From an uncultured Bacilli bacterium (GTDB taxonomy: Bacteria > Bacillota_I > Bacilli_A > RF39 > UBA660): DNA of 64,000 nt. The notes beneath the pieces were generated by a model, which saw only the letters and a list, made by a program, of their open reading frames with translations, ran no database searches and had not been told where the DNA came from. Shown here piece by piece: positions 61,664-64,000 of the stretch (positions are counted from its first letter, which is position 1; every line of letters starts with the position of its first letter). The position numbers were made by a program, and so were the translations under genes. The stretch spans positions 7,748 through 71,747 of the forward strand of contig CAKPCA010000003.1 in assembly GCA_934141145.1 (NCBI GenBank), written 5' to 3'.

Positions 61664-64000
61664 ATGCTTAAGAAAAAAATGTTTCGTGATATAAAACAAA
61701 ATTTATCACAATTTATAACAATATTCTTAATGGTATTAATTGGTGTAATGGTTTATGTTGGTATTGAAGCATATATGGATGGTATGACTAGTGCCGCAGA
61801 TAATTTTTACAAAAATAATAATATACAAGATTTAAATGTAATGGGTAATCTAAGTGATAAAGATTTAGATAAAATTAAATCATTAGATAATGTTAAAGAT
61901 GCAGAAAAAAAACTTGTTGTTAATGCAATTGACGAGGATGATAAAGATAAAACATATTTACTTAGTTTTATTGATTCAAATAATATTTCAAAATTTCATA
62001 TAATGGATGGAGAAAAATTTGATGTTAATAAAAAAGGTGTATGGGTTGATAACTTTTATGCAGAAAAAAATAATTTAAAAGTTGGAGACACAATAAAAAT
62101 TAAATATGATACATTCTCTTTAGAAGAAAAAATATTAGGACTTATTAATGTACCAGATCATATTTATGATGTTAAAGATGAGTCAGAACTTGTTCCAAAT
62201 AGAGAAAATTTTGGATTTGTATATTTATCAGTTAATGAAATTCCTGAAAGTTATATAAAAGGTTTAGTAATGAAAGAAATGAAAATAACTGATGAAAAAA
62301 TATTTGATAAATATGTAACAAGCTTTAATTATAAAGAATATATACCATATAACTATATTATGATTGATGTAAATAAAAAGAAAAATGTAACAAGCGTAAA
62401 AGAAGATATAGAGGATAAAGTATCTAATGCAAAAGCAATAGTAAAAATTGAAGATACATTATCTTATCAAAGATACCAAGGAGAAATAGATGAAGGAGCA
62501 TCTTATGTAGGTATTTTCTCAGGGTTATTCTTATTCATCGCAATGCTTTCAGTTATTACAACTATGACAAGAGTTGTTAAAAAACAAAAACTTCAAATAG
62601 GTACAATGAAAGCACTTGGTATAAAAAATTCTAAAATAGTAATGCATTATGTTGGTTATGGTTTCTTTGTATCACTTGCTGCAGCAATAGTTGGTATTAT
62701 TTTAGGTAAATACTTTATTGGAACATTCTTTCTAAATATGGAAATGGATTATTTTGAAGTTCCAAACGGTGTACCAGTTGTAAAACCACTTAGTTATTTA
62801 GTAGCATTATTAGTTGTAATGGTAGTTTCATTTATAACATACTTAACTTGTCGTAAGGAACTATTTAAAAAAACTGCTGAAGCACTTAGAAATGAAGTAC
62901 CTAATGTAAAGGTAAGTTCACTTAATTTAAGTACAAAAGGTATATTTAAAAAATTAAATTTCTCTAGTAAATGGAACTATAGAGATATACTTAGAAATAA
63001 ATTTAGAACTGTAACAGCAGTTGTAGGTATTGTTGGATGCTGCATGCTTATTGTATGTGCATTTGGTATGTTAAATAGTATGAATCATTTTATTAAGTTA
63101 CAATTTGAAGATTTGTATAACTTTAATTATAAATTATCATTAAAGGAAAATATAAAAGATGATGAATTAAAAGTGTTAACTGATAAATATGGTGATAATA
63201 CTAGTGAAACACTTACTATTGAAACAAAAATAGGTAAAGAAAGAGAAGCAAATACAATATTTGTAACAGATGCCGGAAACTTAGTAAGATTCCAAAATGA
63301 AAATGGTAAATTTATTAAAGTTAATAAAAATAATGGTGTTTATATTACAAGAAAATTAGCAGATCAAAAGAATTTAAAAGTTGGTGACACAATTAAATGG
63401 CATATATATGGCGTTAACAAGTATTATGAATCAAAAATAGTAGGATTAACAAAAGATCCACAAGTACAAAACTTAACAATGACTAAAGAATATTTAGAAA
63501 GTTTAGATATTGATTATAAACCTGATTCACTTTATACAAATACTGATTTAAAAGGCATTAAAGATATTAAAAATGTAAGTTTAGTACAAGATATAAATGA
63601 ACTTAAAAATAGCTTAGAATCAATGCTTTCAATGATGAAGAGTATGATTATGCTTATTATAGTATTTGCTATAGGACTCGGCGCAATAATTATTTATAAC
63701 ATGGGAATACTTTCATATAGTGAAAAACAATATCAATTTGCAACTTTAAAAGTATTAGGATTTAGTAATAAAAAAATCAAAAAGATATTTGTTGAGCAAA
63801 ATAACTGGATTACAGTATTATCAATAATAATTGGACTTCCAACTGGTTATTATATGACATCATGGATATTTAAAAGTGTTATAGCAGATAACTATGATTT
63901 TAGTGCATATATTAATTTAAGTACTTATTTAATCGCAATTATAGGTACTATTTTGGTTTCGACTATAGTATCAAGAATACTTTCTAAGAAAGTAAATAAA
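61664..64000 (+). CDS. FtsX-family ABC permease with two FtsX domains (3' end lies outside the window)
   Basis: frame open from ATG 61664 to the window end; N-terminal TM, large extracellular domains, TM bundles. Confidence 0.75.
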   Translation, partial: MLKKKMFRDIKQNLSQFITIFLMVLIGVMVYVGIEAYMDGMTSAADNFYKNNNIQDLNVMGNLSDKDLDKIKSLDNVKDAEKKLVVNAIDEDDKDKTYLLSFIDSNNISKFHIMDGEKFDVNKKGVWVDNFYAEKNNLKVGDTIKIKYDTFSLEEKILGLINVPDHIYDVKDESELVPNRENFGFVYLSVNEIPESYIKGLVMKEMKITDEKIFDKYVTSFNYKEYIPYNYIMIDVNKKKNVTSVKEDIEDKVSNAKAIVKIEDTLSYQRYQGEIDEGASYVGIFSGLFLFIAMLSVITTMTRVVKKQKLQIGTMKALGIKNSKIVMHYVGYGFFVSLAAAIVGIILGKYFIGTFFLNMEMDYFEVPNGVPVVKPLSYLVALLVVMVVSFITYLTCRKELFKKTAEALRNEVPNVKVSSLNLSTKGIFKKLNFSSKWNYRDILRNKFRTVTAVVGIVGCCMLIVCAFGMLNSMNHFIKLQFEDLYNFNYKLSLKENIKDDELKVLTDKYGDNTSETLTIETKIGKEREANTIFVTDAGNLVRFQNENGKFIKVNKNNGVYITRKLADQKNLKVGDTIKWHIYGVNKYYESKIVGLTKDPQVQNLTMTKEYLESLDIDYKPDSLYTNTDLKGIKDIKNVSLVQDINELKNSLESMLSMMKSMIMLIIVFAIGLGAIIIYNMGILSYSEKQYQFATLKVLGFSNKKIKKIFVEQNNWITVLSIIIGLPTGYYMTSWIFKSVIADNYDFSAYINLSTYLIAIIGTILVSTIVSRILSKKVNK

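Overview
The window is a 64-kb, very AT-rich chromosomal segment. G+C was not computed; it looks well under 30% by eye. It comes from an endospore-forming Firmicute: spoIIGA-sigE, spoIVFA/spoIVFB, gerE, a GerM-like gene and a SpoIIIAH-like gene are all present. Gene order follows Bacillus-type blocks, which suggests an Erysipelotrichia- or Bacilli-like lineage, but that cannot be settled from sequence alone. The blocks are ireB-ruvX-yrzB-yrrM-yrrN-yrrO...greA, hemW-hrcA-grpE-dnaK-dnaJ...rsmE-mtaB, radC-mreCD-spoIVFAB, yqeG-yqeH, dnaG-sigA-trmK-yqfQ, gmk, efp and yvcK. Almost all + strand ORFs are real genes, and nearly all minus-strand ORFs in the track are antisense artefacts. The regions not explained by core synteny are listed here. 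(1) A SIR2-like gene (6433-7608) and a HerA-type HAS-barrel ATPase (10284-12014) sit 2.7 kb apart, separated by tig and an orphan 390-aa type IV pilin. This may be a split or domesticated SIR2-HerA-type pair. (2) A four-gene insertion lies between hemW and hrcA. It contains two paralogous proteins with a sigma-70 region-4-like C-terminus, and one of them carries three tandem XRE-type HTH repeats. (3) An accessory block replaces prmA between dnaJ and rsmE. It holds an HD-GYP protein, a ClpA/B D1-only AAA ATPase, and a three-member family of helical-repeat proteins. (4) A roughly 0.8-kb single-gene cargo is bounded by 78-bp direct repeats, each made of the tRNA-Arg(TCT) 3' end plus its terminator. 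This is an attL/attR-like signature with no integrase. (5) A pilC-pilD locus has a PilC carrying a 165-aa membrane-anchored K/E-rich N-terminal extension, and is followed by a pilin-like protein fused to a phage tail-collar domain. (6) mtaB carries a 1-nt frameshift near its 3' end. No CRISPR array, rRNA gene, transposase or integrase is visible. All calls come from reading the translations and the DNA by eye; no database search was possible.
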